A stretch of DNA of 64,000 nt from Candidatus Omnitrophota bacterium (GTDB taxonomy: Bacteria; Omnitrophota; Gorgyraeia; B26-G9), in the NCBI GenBank assembly GCA_043826565.1, contig JBDRPX010000004.1:10232-74231 (forward strand), given 5' to 3'. A program made the translations under genes and the position numbers. Shown here in pieces: positions 27,819 through 38,161 of this stretch. Each line of letters opens with the position of its first letter. Position 1 is the stretch's first letter. The notes beneath the pieces were generated by a model, which saw only the letters and a list, made by a program, of their open reading frames with translations, had not been told where the DNA came from and made no database searches.

Positions 27819-29450
27819 ATGAAAAAAAAATTACCGCTTTTTGCGGTATTTTTTTTAGCGGCAATAATATTCGGCGGATGTTCCGCGGATAAAAAAGAAG
27901 CGGTTTTTAATGAAGAAGAAAATTCTATTCCCGCTTATGGGGATATAATTGTCGAGGCCGGGATAGGCGATGCCCGAACTCTGGTTCCGATACTTGCCTC
28001 AGATAGTGCTTCCGGAAAGATCTGCGGGCTTATTTTTAATGGATTGGTCAAATACGATAAAGACCTTAATCTGGTTGGAGAGCTGGCCCAGAGCTGGGAT
28101 ATCCAGGAGGATGGACTGGTTATTGTCTTTCATTTACGAAAAGACGTTAAATGGCATGACGGCCGTTTGTTTACTGCTGCTGATGTTGAATTTACTTATA
28201 AAAAACTTATCGATCCGAATGTTCGGACTCCCTATAGCGGTGATTTTGTAAAGGTCAAGAATTTTGAAGTTATCGATGATTATACAGTAAAAATTACATA
28301 TGACGAACCGTTTTGTCCCGGCTTGGCCAGCTGGGGAATGAGTATAATGCCGCAGCATATCCTGGGAAAAGAGGATTTAAATAATACTGCTTTTTCGCGT
28401 AATCCTATCGGCACTGGCCCCTATAAGTTTAAAAAATGGAAAACGCAGGAACTTATTGAGTTGGAATCCAATCATGATTATTATGAGGGACGCCCTTATA
28501 TTGACCGTTTTATTTTGCGTATTATTCCTGATCCTTCAACCATGTTTTTAGAATTACAGAATCGCACTATTGATTATATGGGTCTTACCAGTCTGCAGTA
28601 TGTCCGGCAGACGCAAACCAAATTTTTTGAACGTTTCTATCATAAATTCAGATATCAGGGATTCTTTTTTACTTATCTGGGTTATAACTTATCTGATCCC
28701 AAGTTTAAAGATATCCGGGTGCGTAAGGCAATTAATTATGCTGTAAATAAGCAGGAGATCATCCAGGGAGTATTGCTGGGTGTGGGGACAGAATGTACCG
28801 GCCCGTTTGCCCCGCGTTCCTGGGCATATAACCGGGGAGTTAATGCGGTTGAGTATGATTTGGTGAAGGCCAAAGAACTTCTAGGGCAAGCCGGCTGGCA
28901 GATTGATAAAGACGGGATATTAAAGAAAGATGGTCAAATCTTTAAATTCACGATTATTACCAATCAGGGGAATGACGAAAGAAAGCGTGCCGCGGAAATT
29001 ATTCAGAAGCGGTTAAGTAAACTTGGGATGAAGGTCAAGATAAAAATACTGGAATGGAGTTCTTTTATTAATGAATGTATAAATAAGCGTAATTTTGAGA
29101 CAGTTCTTCTGGGGTGGTCTTTGTCCATGGATCCGGATTTGTATGATATTTGGCATTCCAGTAAAATAAAAGAGGGTGAGTTTAATTTTATCGGCTACAA
29201 GAATGAAGAGGTAGATAAGCTTTTAGAACAGGGGCGCAGGATATTTGATCAGGAAAAGAGAAAACAATTGTATAATAGAGTTCATGAAATAATATATGAT
29301 GAACAGCCGTATCTTTTTCTCTATACTCCGGACAGCTTACCGGTTTTAAGCAGCCGTTTCCAGGGAATAAAAGTAGCTCCGCTAGGTATTGGATATAATT
29401 TTATTAAATGGTATGTACCGAAATCAAGGCAGAAATATATTCTGCCTTAA
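27819..29450 (+). CDS. Peptide/nickel ABC transporter substrate-binding lipoprotein (family 5)
   Basis: Lipobox FGGC; LAQSW, LRKDVKWHDG..FTAADV, PIGTGPYK. Confidence 0.92.
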   Translation: MKKKLPLFAVFFLAAIIFGGCSADKKEAVFNEEENSIPAYGDIIVEAGIGDARTLVPILASDSASGKICGLIFNGLVKYDKDLNLVGELAQSWDIQEDGLVIVFHLRKDVKWHDGRLFTAADVEFTYKKLIDPNVRTPYSGDFVKVKNFEVIDDYTVKITYDEPFCPGLASWGMSIMPQHILGKEDLNNTAFSRNPIGTGPYKFKKWKTQELIELESNHDYYEGRPYIDRFILRIIPDPSTMFLELQNRTIDYMGLTSLQYVRQTQTKFFERFYHKFRYQGFFFTYLGYNLSDPKFKDIRVRKAINYAVNKQEIIQGVLLGVGTECTGPFAPRSWAYNRGVNAVEYDLVKAKELLGQAGWQIDKDGILKKDGQIFKFTIITNQGNDERKRAAEIIQKRLSKLGMKVKIKILEWSSFINECINKRNFETVLLGWSLSMDPDLYDIWHSSKIKEGEFNFIGYKNEEVDKLLEQGRRIFDQEKRKQLYNRVHEIIYDEQPYLFLYTPDSLPVLSSRFQGIKVAPLGIGYNFIKWYVPKSRQKYILP

Positions 29451-29578
29451 AAAATTCAAAATTCAAAGGGCAAAACTCAAAACTGCAAGTCAAAACTAAA
29501 AAGTAGAAAATGAAAATCATTGTTTTAACTTTTGATTTTTGAATTGTATTTTTGACTTTTGAATTTTAAGTTTTGACT
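29451..29578. repeat. Inverted 7-nt-periodic arm element
   Basis: Left arm aaaatt-caaaatt-caaaggg-caaaact-caaaact; right arm tttttga-cttttga-attttaa-gttttga. Confidence 0.8.
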
Positions 29579-29617
29579 TATAAATTTCACCATATTGTTG
29601 TTAAAAGATTGGATAAA

Positions 29618-30394
29618 ATGATAAGAATACTTTATCTATTCAGCTTAATCTTTATATTAACTGGCTGCGCCCAGCGGTATTACAATGTGGCGACACATGA
29701 GGAAGAGATCTATTTTTACTCGACGGAAAAAGAAGTTAAAATCGGAAAATCATTTTCTCAACAGGTTGAAAAAAATTTTGATGTAGAGCCGGACGCATTG
29801 ATTCAGAAACGGATTACGGAAATCGGCAAAAAAATAGCGCAAGTGTGTGACCGGAAGGAAATAGATTACTATTTTAAAGTTTTGGATGAAAAAGATGAAA
29901 ATGCTTTTGCTTTACCCGGAGGCTATGTATATCTTTTAAAAGGGCTCTGGGATAAAGTCGAAGAAAGTGACGATTTAATCGCGGCTGTTTTGGCTCATGA
30001 AATCGGACATATTTGTGCCCGCCATAGTATTAAACGCACACAGCAGAGTATGGGTTATAATGCTCTGAGCATCCTGGTTGCCGGAGGAATGAATAATGCG
30101 TATGCCCGGAATAAAGCTTTGGTGGGGATAAACGAGCTGCTTTTATCATATTCCCGGGAAGATGAATTGCAGGCGGACAGGCTTTCTGCGGACTATTTAA
30201 AAAAAGCCGGGTATGATCCGCAGGCTATTATTAAGGTTCTGCAGTTATTACAAAAAATTCAGCGGGAAAAACCAGTACATTTTGCGTATGTACAGACGCA
30301 TCCGTATATAACAGAGCGCATGCGTGCGGTACGCGAGTTAATAAACAATGGAAATATTGGGTTTGATGATTATATTAACACAATCAAGGAATAG
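29618..30394 (+). CDS. M48 family zinc metallopeptidase lipoprotein
   Basis: Lipobox LTGC; NAFALPGG; AHEIGH; YSREDELQAD; THP. Confidence 0.92.
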   Translation: MIRILYLFSLIFILTGCAQRYYNVATHEEEIYFYSTEKEVKIGKSFSQQVEKNFDVEPDALIQKRITEIGKKIAQVCDRKEIDYYFKVLDEKDENAFALPGGYVYLLKGLWDKVEESDDLIAAVLAHEIGHICARHSIKRTQQSMGYNALSILVAGGMNNAYARNKALVGINELLLSYSREDELQADRLSADYLKKAGYDPQAIIKVLQLLQKIQREKPVHFAYVQTHPYITERMRAVRELINNGNIGFDDYINTIKE

Positions 30395-30415
30395 TTAGAT
30401 CCTCAAGGAGAAATT

Positions 30416-31084
30416 ATGGATGAAATTATCAAAATGAAGGTTGACCGGGAAGAGCCCTGGAGAATTTTCCGGATTCTGGCGGAATTTGTCGATGGATTTG
30501 AAACCCTGTCTAAAATTGGGCCGGCGGTTTCAATCTTCGGTTCCGCGCGAAAAATGAAAAAAGATGAAAAGTATTATAAAACCGCGGAGAAAATTGCCTA
30601 TTTACTTTCTAAAAGAGGATTTTCTATTATTACCGGAGGAGGCCCGGGAATTATGGAAGCGGCAAATAAGGGAGCAAAAGAAGCCGGAGGTGTTTCCGTG
30701 GGGTTAAATATCCAGATCCCTACAGAGCAGAAGCCAAACAGATTTATTACTAAACTTGTAGAATTCCGTTATTTTTTCTGCCGCAAGGTAATGTTTGTTA
30801 AATATGCCTCGGCGTTTATAATTTTACCGGGTGGATTTGGTACGCTTGATGAATTCTTTGAATCCATTACCTTGATCCAAACCGGAAGAAGTGAACCTTT
30901 CCCGGTAATTCTCGTCGGTAAAAAGTACTGGCAGGGATTGGTGAAATGGCTTAATACAACTGTACTCCATGCCGGCAGTGTGCAAAAAAAGGATTTGAAT
31001 ATTTTTGAAATGGTAGATACTCCCGAAGAAGTGATGCGGATTATCGAGAAGTTCAATGAAAAGTCGCAAATACTGAAGGATTAG
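30416..31084 (+). CDS. LOG family protein (TIGR00730-like)
   Basis: FGSAR, TGGGPGIMEAAN, RKVMF, PGGFGTLDE. Confidence 0.92.
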   Translation: MDEIIKMKVDREEPWRIFRILAEFVDGFETLSKIGPAVSIFGSARKMKKDEKYYKTAEKIAYLLSKRGFSIITGGGPGIMEAANKGAKEAGGVSVGLNIQIPTEQKPNRFITKLVEFRYFFCRKVMFVKYASAFIILPGGFGTLDEFFESITLIQTGRSEPFPVILVGKKYWQGLVKWLNTTVLHAGSVQKKDLNIFEMVDTPEEVMRIIEKFNEKSQILKD

Positions 31085-31121
31085 TAAAAAAGCAACTTTT
31101 TTATGTAAGTACTGTAATTTC

Positions 31122-31150
31122 TTGATTATAAGTATTAAATTTGATACAAT
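31122..31150 (+). promoter_or_regulatory. Sigma70-type promoter of the polysaccharide locus
   Basis: TTGATT-17 nt-TACAAT with extended TG. Confidence 0.6.
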
Positions 31151-31199
31151 CTGAAGATAGGGAAGTTCTGTCTGCCAACTAATAACAAGGAAGTTATGT

Positions 31200-33128
31200 A
31201 TGGGACAATATGAACTAAATCTAAGAGATTATATTCGGATATTTCGTAAACGCCGGCCAATCATTTTTCTTACCTTTATCATTATTACTCTTATCAGTGC
31301 TTTGTTTTCGGTAAAACAGGTCTCTACATATGTAGCTGTTACCACAGTTAAAATAGAAGAGCATAAAACTGTTGCCGGATTGCTTACCGAATGGATAGTA
31401 TATCAGCCGGGAGATATTATGGAATCGGAAACCAAGATTGTCAAAGGCTATCCGGTGATGAAAAAAGCAGCGATGCATCTGGGGCTGATTGACCAGGAGT
31501 CAACTGAAGATCAAACGAATCTTGTGGTCAGCACTTTACAGGACAAAATAGAGGCGGAACGCATCGCGAACACAAATATAATCCGGATTGTTGCGACTGC
31601 TGAGAATAGCCAGGAAGCTATAGAAATTGCGACGGCGGTAGCTCAGGAATATAAAGCTTATAATCTGGAGGAAAGACGCAGCCAGGCCAGCAGTGCCCGT
31701 AAATTTATTGAGGAGCAATTGCTTTCTCTGGAGAAGCGTTTAAGAGAAAAAGAGGAAGTGCTTAAAAAATTTGCCGAACAGTATGGAGGAGCAGCGCTTA
31801 ATGAGCCTTTCCAGAAAAAACTGGCAGAGTTGGAATTTGAACTTAATAAGTTAAAGCAAAAATATACGGAAAAACATCCAAATGTTATTCAGGTACAGGA
31901 ACAGATCGCCGCGCTTAAAGAGAATAGTAAGCAATTTGCCGGAGAGGATTTGAAAATTGCGCGGATTGCCCGGGATGTAGAATCGGATAAAAAGCTTTTT
32001 TCTATGCTTAAAGAAAAGTTGGAAGAAGCCCGGATAAATGAATCGCAAAAAGTCAGCGCGGTTTCCATTGTTGACCCCGCGGTAACCGCGGAAAAGAAAA
32101 TAATCGGACCGAATAAAATCGTCGGATTATTAGTCGGTGGATTTCTCGGGCTTATTTTAGGGTTTGCCTTGGCTTTAGTGCTGGAAAATCTGGATACTTC
32201 TATCGGGACAATTGAAGATGTCGAGCGCATAGCTGACGTACCGGTATTAGGAGTTATTCCGTCGGTATTACTGGAAGGCTCGGAACGAAAAAAAAGAGGT
32301 GTTTTTAGGAATTTTAAAAATAAATTAATGAACCGGGAGACGGAAGAGGTTGACGAAAAATCTATTCGCATGATTCTTCACTATAACCCGACTTCTCCGA
32401 TAGCGGAAGCTTTTCGTAATGTGCATACAAACCTTAAACTTACCCGGGAAAAGAAAACAATTCTCGTTACCAGTGCCGGCCCGCGGGAAGGCAAAAGCAC
32501 CACTGTGACGAATTTGGCGCTTGCCGTAGCTCAGGCGGGGATGAAGGTGCTTATTGTTTCCACAGATATCCGCCGGCCGGTAATCGGCAAGACATTTGGT
32601 ATAGATAAAGAACCGGGATTAACCGATGTTCTGCTGGGGATGATTTCCTTAGATGATGCCGTAAAAAATGTTACGGATTTTATGCTCGGAGATATGAGCT
32701 TTGAAGATATTCAGCAAACTCCGGGGTTGGATAATCTTTGGGTCCTTACCAGCGGCAAATTGCAGTTTAACCCGGCGAAATTATTGGAATCAAAAGAGTT
32801 TACCGACAGTGTTGAGGCAATGAAAGAAAGATTTGATGTTATCTTCTTCGATTCTCCTCCGGTATTACCGGTTACCGATTCCAGCCTTATTGCTAAAAAG
32901 ATGGATTGTGTGATTATGGTCTATGAAATCGGCAGGACCAGCCGGGAAGCTTTACTGCGCGCGAAAAATCAGCTTGATTCTGTCGGAGCCAATATCGCCG
33001 GTATTGTGCTTAATCAGACCAGACAGGAAATCGAAGCGGATGTTATTCAGCCCTACTATTATAAATATAAATATTACAAGTCTACTGAGGAAGAGGCAGC
33101 TGAAAAAAAAGGGGTCATTCTTAATTAA
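31200..33128 (+). CDS. Wzc-like polysaccharide co-polymerase / BY-kinase
   Basis: Two TMs, periplasmic coiled coil with KYTEKHP, Walker A GPREGKST, DSPP, C-terminal Tyr cluster YYYKYKYY. Confidence 0.92.
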   Translation: MGQYELNLRDYIRIFRKRRPIIFLTFIIITLISALFSVKQVSTYVAVTTVKIEEHKTVAGLLTEWIVYQPGDIMESETKIVKGYPVMKKAAMHLGLIDQESTEDQTNLVVSTLQDKIEAERIANTNIIRIVATAENSQEAIEIATAVAQEYKAYNLEERRSQASSARKFIEEQLLSLEKRLREKEEVLKKFAEQYGGAALNEPFQKKLAELEFELNKLKQKYTEKHPNVIQVQEQIAALKENSKQFAGEDLKIARIARDVESDKKLFSMLKEKLEEARINESQKVSAVSIVDPAVTAEKKIIGPNKIVGLLVGGFLGLILGFALALVLENLDTSIGTIEDVERIADVPVLGVIPSVLLEGSERKKRGVFRNFKNKLMNRETEEVDEKSIRMILHYNPTSPIAEAFRNVHTNLKLTREKKTILVTSAGPREGKSTTVTNLALAVAQAGMKVLIVSTDIRRPVIGKTFGIDKEPGLTDVLLGMISLDDAVKNVTDFMLGDMSFEDIQQTPGLDNLWVLTSGKLQFNPAKLLESKEFTDSVEAMKERFDVIFFDSPPVLPVTDSSLIAKKMDCVIMVYEIGRTSREALLRAKNQLDSVGANIAGIVLNQTRQEIEADVIQPYYYKYKYYKSTEEEAAEKKGVILN

Positions 33129-33188
33129 TGTGAACGATTTTCTATAACTTAATGATTACTAAATTGTTAGGCTAAATTTAAGAATGTC

Positions 33189-33313
33189 CCTGATTACAAT
33201 GATTAAAAAATTGATTACACCGATTGGACAAGTTGTCTTAAAAACCAGTTTTTCTTCTCGAGAGTTAAATATATTAATATCTGTGTAATCTTTTGAAAAT
33301 CTGTGAAATCAGG
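33189..33313. repeat. Imperfect inverted-arm element with GATTAC/GTAATC units
   Basis: cctgattac..gatt..gattacaccgat ... atctgtgtaatc..aatctgtg.aatcagg. Confidence 0.65.
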
Positions 33314-33407
33314 TTCTTTCAAGTTCACAAAAAATAAGAAAGAACCAAAAAAAGAATCATTGGCGCGTCGTTAGTTCTCTATAAATTTTCGAAGATTGTT
33401 TAATAAA

Positions 33408-34778
33408 ATGCTTAAAAATAATGGATATGCTAAGTTTGGTATTATTGTTACTCTTCTTCTTGTCGGCTTGGTAAGTATTTTATCTGTTTTCTATCCGGCA
33501 TCTTCAATGATGCCTTTATTTTTAATCCTTATCCCGGTAATTTTTATCATCGCGTTTACAAATACTGATTTTGCTTTAATTGTGCTTATCTTTGCCATGC
33601 TTTTATCTCCGGAAATTGGTTTAGGCGGAGGTATCCCCGGGCGTAATGTCGTGATACGTTTAGATGATATTTTTTTATTTATTATATTTTTCGGCTGGCT
33701 GGCAAAGATGGCGGTAAATAAAGAAGTGGGATTATTAAGAGTCACATTTTTAAACAAGCCGATTATTTTTTATGTTTTTATCTGTATAGTATCTTCCTGT
33801 TTAGGAGCGTTGCGCGGAACGACTAATCCGGTGCATACTATTTTTTATATTTTAAAATATATAGAATATTTTATCGTCTTTTTTATGGTTAGTAATAATA
33901 TTAAAGATAAAAACCAGGTAAAACTATTTACGGATTTAATACTATTAACTTGTGTTATTGTCTGTATCTACGGTTCTTATCTCTCCCTGATAAAGGGGGT
34001 ACGGGCGACCGCGCCGTTTGAAGGTATTGGAGAAGCAAATACTTTAGCCGGATATCTAATTGTTATGGGCGGTCTTGTACTGGGATTGTTTGTTTACGCG
34101 TCGGCTTCTTTTCGTAAACGATTCCTGCTGGCTGGTTTGTTTTCTCTGGTCCTATTTACCTTAATTTATACTCTTTCCCGAAGCGGATGGGTAGGATTTG
34201 GTTTTATGCTTGTATCTTTTACGTTTTTTTCTAAACGAAGTAGAATTTTTATGATTTTTGCGATTGTCTGCGGGGTGTTAATCCTGCCTCTGGTCTTGCC
34301 CCAGAGAGTTTATAAACGGGTAGATGCGACCTTTAAAGGGTATAAACAATACAGGATATTTGGTAAGTTAGTAACGCTTGATGAGTCTACGGGAGCGAGG
34401 ATAAGATCTTTTGAGTATTCTGTAAAACAATGGCTGAAAAATCCGATACTTGGGCAAGGAGTGCCCGGAGCTGATGTTTCCGATGTGCAGTATGGACGCA
34501 TCTTAAGAGAAGTCGGGATTGTGGGGTTTTTGTCATTTGTCTGGATTATCTGGATGGTTTTTAAAACCGGACTGAGGAGCTACTTTTATTCTAATATGGA
34601 TGGTTTTGGCAGAGGATTAAGCGTCGGTCTTATTAGCGCCTTAGTGGGTTTGCTGATAATGGGATTAGGCGCGGAATTTTTTATTATTATTAGAATCATG
34701 GAACCGTTTTGGTTTTTAGCGGCGATTGTTTCCGTGCTTCCGGAGACAAATCTTGTTGTAGAAACAAGTCCTGCTTAA
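33408..34778 (+). CDS. O-antigen ligase / Wzy polymerase family membrane protein
   Basis: Many TM helices; TLSRSGW and PILGQG motifs. Confidence 0.85.
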   Translation: MLKNNGYAKFGIIVTLLLVGLVSILSVFYPASSMMPLFLILIPVIFIIAFTNTDFALIVLIFAMLLSPEIGLGGGIPGRNVVIRLDDIFLFIIFFGWLAKMAVNKEVGLLRVTFLNKPIIFYVFICIVSSCLGALRGTTNPVHTIFYILKYIEYFIVFFMVSNNIKDKNQVKLFTDLILLTCVIVCIYGSYLSLIKGVRATAPFEGIGEANTLAGYLIVMGGLVLGLFVYASASFRKRFLLAGLFSLVLFTLIYTLSRSGWVGFGFMLVSFTFFSKRSRIFMIFAIVCGVLILPLVLPQRVYKRVDATFKGYKQYRIFGKLVTLDESTGARIRSFEYSVKQWLKNPILGQGVPGADVSDVQYGRILREVGIVGFLSFVWIIWMVFKTGLRSYFYSNMDGFGRGLSVGLISALVGLLIMGLGAEFFIIIRIMEPFWFLAAIVSVLPETNLVVETSPA

Positions 34779-34812
34779 GCAGGATATCATAGATAAACAA
34801 AAAGGTGGCGTT

Positions 34813-36693
34813 ATGAGCGGGATTTGCGGATTTATAAGCAATCGACAGACGGTAGACATCAACTTGTTAGAACGTATGGCTGCTTCTATGTGCTATGTTA
34901 AAGAAGATAAAACAGATAAATGGCAGTTTGACTTATTAGGCCTTTGCCGGGTGCATCACGGGCTGATTAATCAACAAACGCAGCCAATATTTAATGAAGA
35001 CAAAAATTTGTTGATTGTCATGGCCGGGGAAGTTTTTGATTATGAGGTTGAAAAGGAAAATTTAATTAAAAAAGGCCATAAATTTATTTTTGAGGATAAT
35101 GACGCGGAATATTGTCTGCATTTGTATGAAGATAAAGGCACTGAATGTTTTAAGGAATTAAACGGTTCTTTTGCTATCGCCATTTATAATTTAAAAACTA
35201 AAGAGTTGTTATTAGTCAATGACCGGCTTTCAACTTACCCTGTGTTTTATTATTCTGGAGAAAAACTCATTTTTGGCACACAGCTGTCTTCCTTGATGCA
35301 GCATTCTGATTTAGCGCGTGAATTAGATATACGTTCCTTTTTTGAATTTTTTAGTTTTGAGAAAATATTAGGGGATAAAACATTTTATAAAAATGTAAAA
35401 ACACTTCCTCCTGCCTCGGTTTTAATTTACTCAGAAAATAAAGTAGAGAGTAAAGCTTATTGGCAAAGAAAGTATACAAATAGTAATTATCCGGAAAAGT
35501 ATTATGTAGATAAATTAGCTTGCGGCTTAAAAAAATCAATAGAACGCAGAATGCGTGGTCATTATCGTTTCGGACTTCTTTTAAGCGGGGGCTTAGATTC
35601 AAGGGTAATCGCGTCTCTTAGCAATAAAAAAATGACTGCTTTTACAGTAGGAGAGTCGGCTGATCAACAGCAGGTTAAGGTCTCTAAAATGATTGCCGAT
35701 ACCTTTGGATATGAGCATGTTTTTCTTAAGCGTGAGTCAGATCACTATGCGAATCTCGCAGATAAGGCGGTGGAAATCGGCAGTGGAATGTCTTTGTTTG
35801 TAAACGCGCATAATCTTGGATTTTTCCCGATCATAGAGAAGAAATGTGATATTTTGCTGCATGGCTATCTTTGTGATACTTTATTTAAAGGCTGGAAAAT
35901 ACCGACAAGAACAATAAATATCCTAGGGAAAAAGATTAGTAATCCATTTCAGGCCTGTTCTTTTGATAGAGGGGTAATATTAAAAAATAGTTTATATTCA
36001 AAAAATCCGGCACAGCTTTTTATGCCGGAATACGCGCAGGAGTTTGAGGAAAGCATAAAGAAATCTCTGGATAATTTTTTTGCTCAGACAGAGAAAAACG
36101 GAGTTCAGGAATCACATAAAGAATATGAATATTTTGCTTTTCCTTCAGCGCTTAAACATATTGATTGTTTATATATTCTGCATAATCAGGCATGTTTTTG
36201 TGAACGGACGGTGTTGCTGGATAATGATCTTTTGGAGTTATATCTGGAAACTCCGGTTCGCCTAAGATTAAATGGTAGGTTGTTTAAAAAAGTGATTAAA
36301 AAAATTTGCCGCAAAATATCATTTATTCCGGATGCTAATACCGGCCTGTCAATTATGAGCGGGGGGATTTTAGAATGGATAGTTTTAAAGTCTAAAATGG
36401 TTTTAGATAAAATATCAGCAGGCAAAAAAAGAAAAGAGAAGCCCTCACCGCAGATGTGTAATCCTGATTCCTGGCCAAATTATTCAGAGTTAATCAGGCA
36501 TAATCAGAGATTAAAGCAGCAAATAAGCGATATTATCGAAGATCCACAGGCGCTTGATCCGTCAATTTTTAATATTTCTCGAATAAAAGAAATGTTTATA
36601 GAACATATGGAGCGAAAAAATAACCATACGATGTTTTTATTATTATTGCTTACTTTTGGAAAATGGAATAAAAAATTTCCGAGAAAAATTTAA
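34813..36693 (+). CDS. Asparagine synthetase B-like amidotransferase (Ser replaces the N-terminal Cys)
   Basis: MSGICG start; LNGSFA, NDR; LLLSGGLDSR PP-loop. Confidence 0.85.
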   Translation: MSGICGFISNRQTVDINLLERMAASMCYVKEDKTDKWQFDLLGLCRVHHGLINQQTQPIFNEDKNLLIVMAGEVFDYEVEKENLIKKGHKFIFEDNDAEYCLHLYEDKGTECFKELNGSFAIAIYNLKTKELLLVNDRLSTYPVFYYSGEKLIFGTQLSSLMQHSDLARELDIRSFFEFFSFEKILGDKTFYKNVKTLPPASVLIYSENKVESKAYWQRKYTNSNYPEKYYVDKLACGLKKSIERRMRGHYRFGLLLSGGLDSRVIASLSNKKMTAFTVGESADQQQVKVSKMIADTFGYEHVFLKRESDHYANLADKAVEIGSGMSLFVNAHNLGFFPIIEKKCDILLHGYLCDTLFKGWKIPTRTINILGKKISNPFQACSFDRGVILKNSLYSKNPAQLFMPEYAQEFEESIKKSLDNFFAQTEKNGVQESHKEYEYFAFPSALKHIDCLYILHNQACFCERTVLLDNDLLELYLETPVRLRLNGRLFKKVIKKICRKISFIPDANTGLSIMSGGILEWIVLKSKMVLDKISAGKKRKEKPSPQMCNPDSWPNYSELIRHNQRLKQQISDIIEDPQALDPSIFNISRIKEMFIEHMERKNNHTMFLLLLLTFGKWNKKFPRKI

Positions 36694-36697
36694 TTAC

Positions 36698-38161
36698 ATG
36701 AAAAATGAAGATAGTTTAAAGCAGAATATGGTTTCCGGGGTGAAATGGACCGCGGTTTCTCAGGTAGCCAGACAGATATTGCAGTTTGTTTTTTTGGCAA
36801 TTTTAGCCAGGTTGTTGTCTTTAGAGGATTTTGGCGTAATTGCTATTGCGATAATTTTTTTGGAATTCGGCATGATGCTCAGAGACTTAGGGTTTGGCTC
36901 GGCGATAATTCAAAAAAAAGATATTCACCAGGAGCATCTTTCAACGACTTTTTCGGTATGTGTTATTGCGGGGACAGTTATGTTTATAATATTAAATATG
37001 ACCGCTCCGTTAATCGCCGGATTTTTTAGCCGGGAAAACTTACGTTTTATTATTCCGGTTTTAGCTCTGCGTTTTGTATTATATTCTTTAAGTGTTGTGC
37101 ATGAGTCTATGCTTATCAAGCAGATGCAGTTTAAAAAACTGGCGATTATTGAAATCGGAGAGACAATTACTTATGGAACGATAGCGATTACCTTAGCCTT
37201 AAACGGCTGGGGAATCTGGGCGCTTGTTTGTGGATATTTGATCAGCGGTTTTGTGCGATTTATTTTATCCTGGAGTGTTTACCGATGGGATATTGAATTG
37301 AGCGTAAATATTAAAGCCTTAAAAGAGATCATTGGGTTTGCCGGGAATATGGTCGGGTTTAAAGTAGTTAATTATACTAATGCCAATTTTGACCGGTTTT
37401 TAATCGGACGGTTTTTACCTTCAGCAAGTTTGGGATTGTATTCTATGGCTTATAATCTGGCGGTTTTTCCTTCTCAGCAGACTGCGACAATGATTTCCCG
37501 GATCGGGTTTGCCGCATTTTCTAAGATCCAGGATGAGCGGGAGAGGATAAAGGAAGGATATTTGAAGATGGTGGGCTATGTTTCCACGGTCACTTTTCCT
37601 TTACTATTTGGATTATTTGTCTTGGCCCGATATTTTGTACTTACAGTGTATTCAAGTAAATGGCTGGAGATGGTCATCCCGCTTAGAATTTTATGTATTG
37701 CCGGCGTAATGCTTTCGATGACCGCATTTGGAGGTATTATTATCCTTGCTGTAGGGCGTGCCGATAAATTGCTTAAACTTTCGTCAATAGGACTCGTATT
37801 AAAAGCCGGCTTACTTTTATATGGAGTGCAGTATGGTTTATCCGGAGTTGCCCTAATGATTGTTGTTTACGCGGTGGCAATTAATCTGCTTATGCAGATG
37901 ATGATCCGGGAACTTGTAAATTTAAAGATGAGGAAGTATTTTTATGCCTTATTGCCGGCATTCATAAGTTCATGGGCTATGGCCGGGGGGTTGTGGGGGA
38001 TTGTAAGTGTGTATCCGGATAAGATGTTCTTGCATACGATTCCCGGAATCATAAGCCTGGTGGGCATGGGCGTGATTATTTATTTAGGGGTTGGTTTTAT
38101 GATTAACCGTAAAATATTAAAAGAGTTACTGCATATGCTCAAAGGAGCGTTTATTAAATGA
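36698..38161 (+). CDS. Wzx/PST-family polysaccharide flippase
   Basis: LARLLSLEDFG, DLGFGSAIIQK, LGLYSMAYNLA; multi-TM. Confidence 0.92.
   Translation: MKNEDSLKQNMVSGVKWTAVSQVARQILQFVFLAILARLLSLEDFGVIAIAIIFLEFGMMLRDLGFGSAIIQKKDIHQEHLSTTFSVCVIAGTVMFIILNMTAPLIAGFFSRENLRFIIPVLALRFVLYSLSVVHESMLIKQMQFKKLAIIEIGETITYGTIAITLALNGWGIWALVCGYLISGFVRFILSWSVYRWDIELSVNIKALKEIIGFAGNMVGFKVVNYTNANFDRFLIGRFLPSASLGLYSMAYNLAVFPSQQTATMISRIGFAAFSKIQDERERIKEGYLKMVGYVSTVTFPLLFGLFVLARYFVLTVYSSKWLEMVIPLRILCIAGVMLSMTAFGGIIILAVGRADKLLKLSSIGLVLKAGLLLYGVQYGLSGVALMIVVYAVAINLLMQMMIRELVNLKMRKYFYALLPAFISSWAMAGGLWGIVSVYPDKMFLHTIPGIISLVGMGVIIYLGVGFMINRKILKELLHMLKGAFIK

Noticed and set aside
34813-36693. AsnB-like gene as a lasso cyclase for the RRE/kinase/nucleotidyltransferase cassette
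   Set aside because: Lies about 17 kb away inside the wzy-wzx block; no transglutaminase-like B2 protease or lasso precursor is visible
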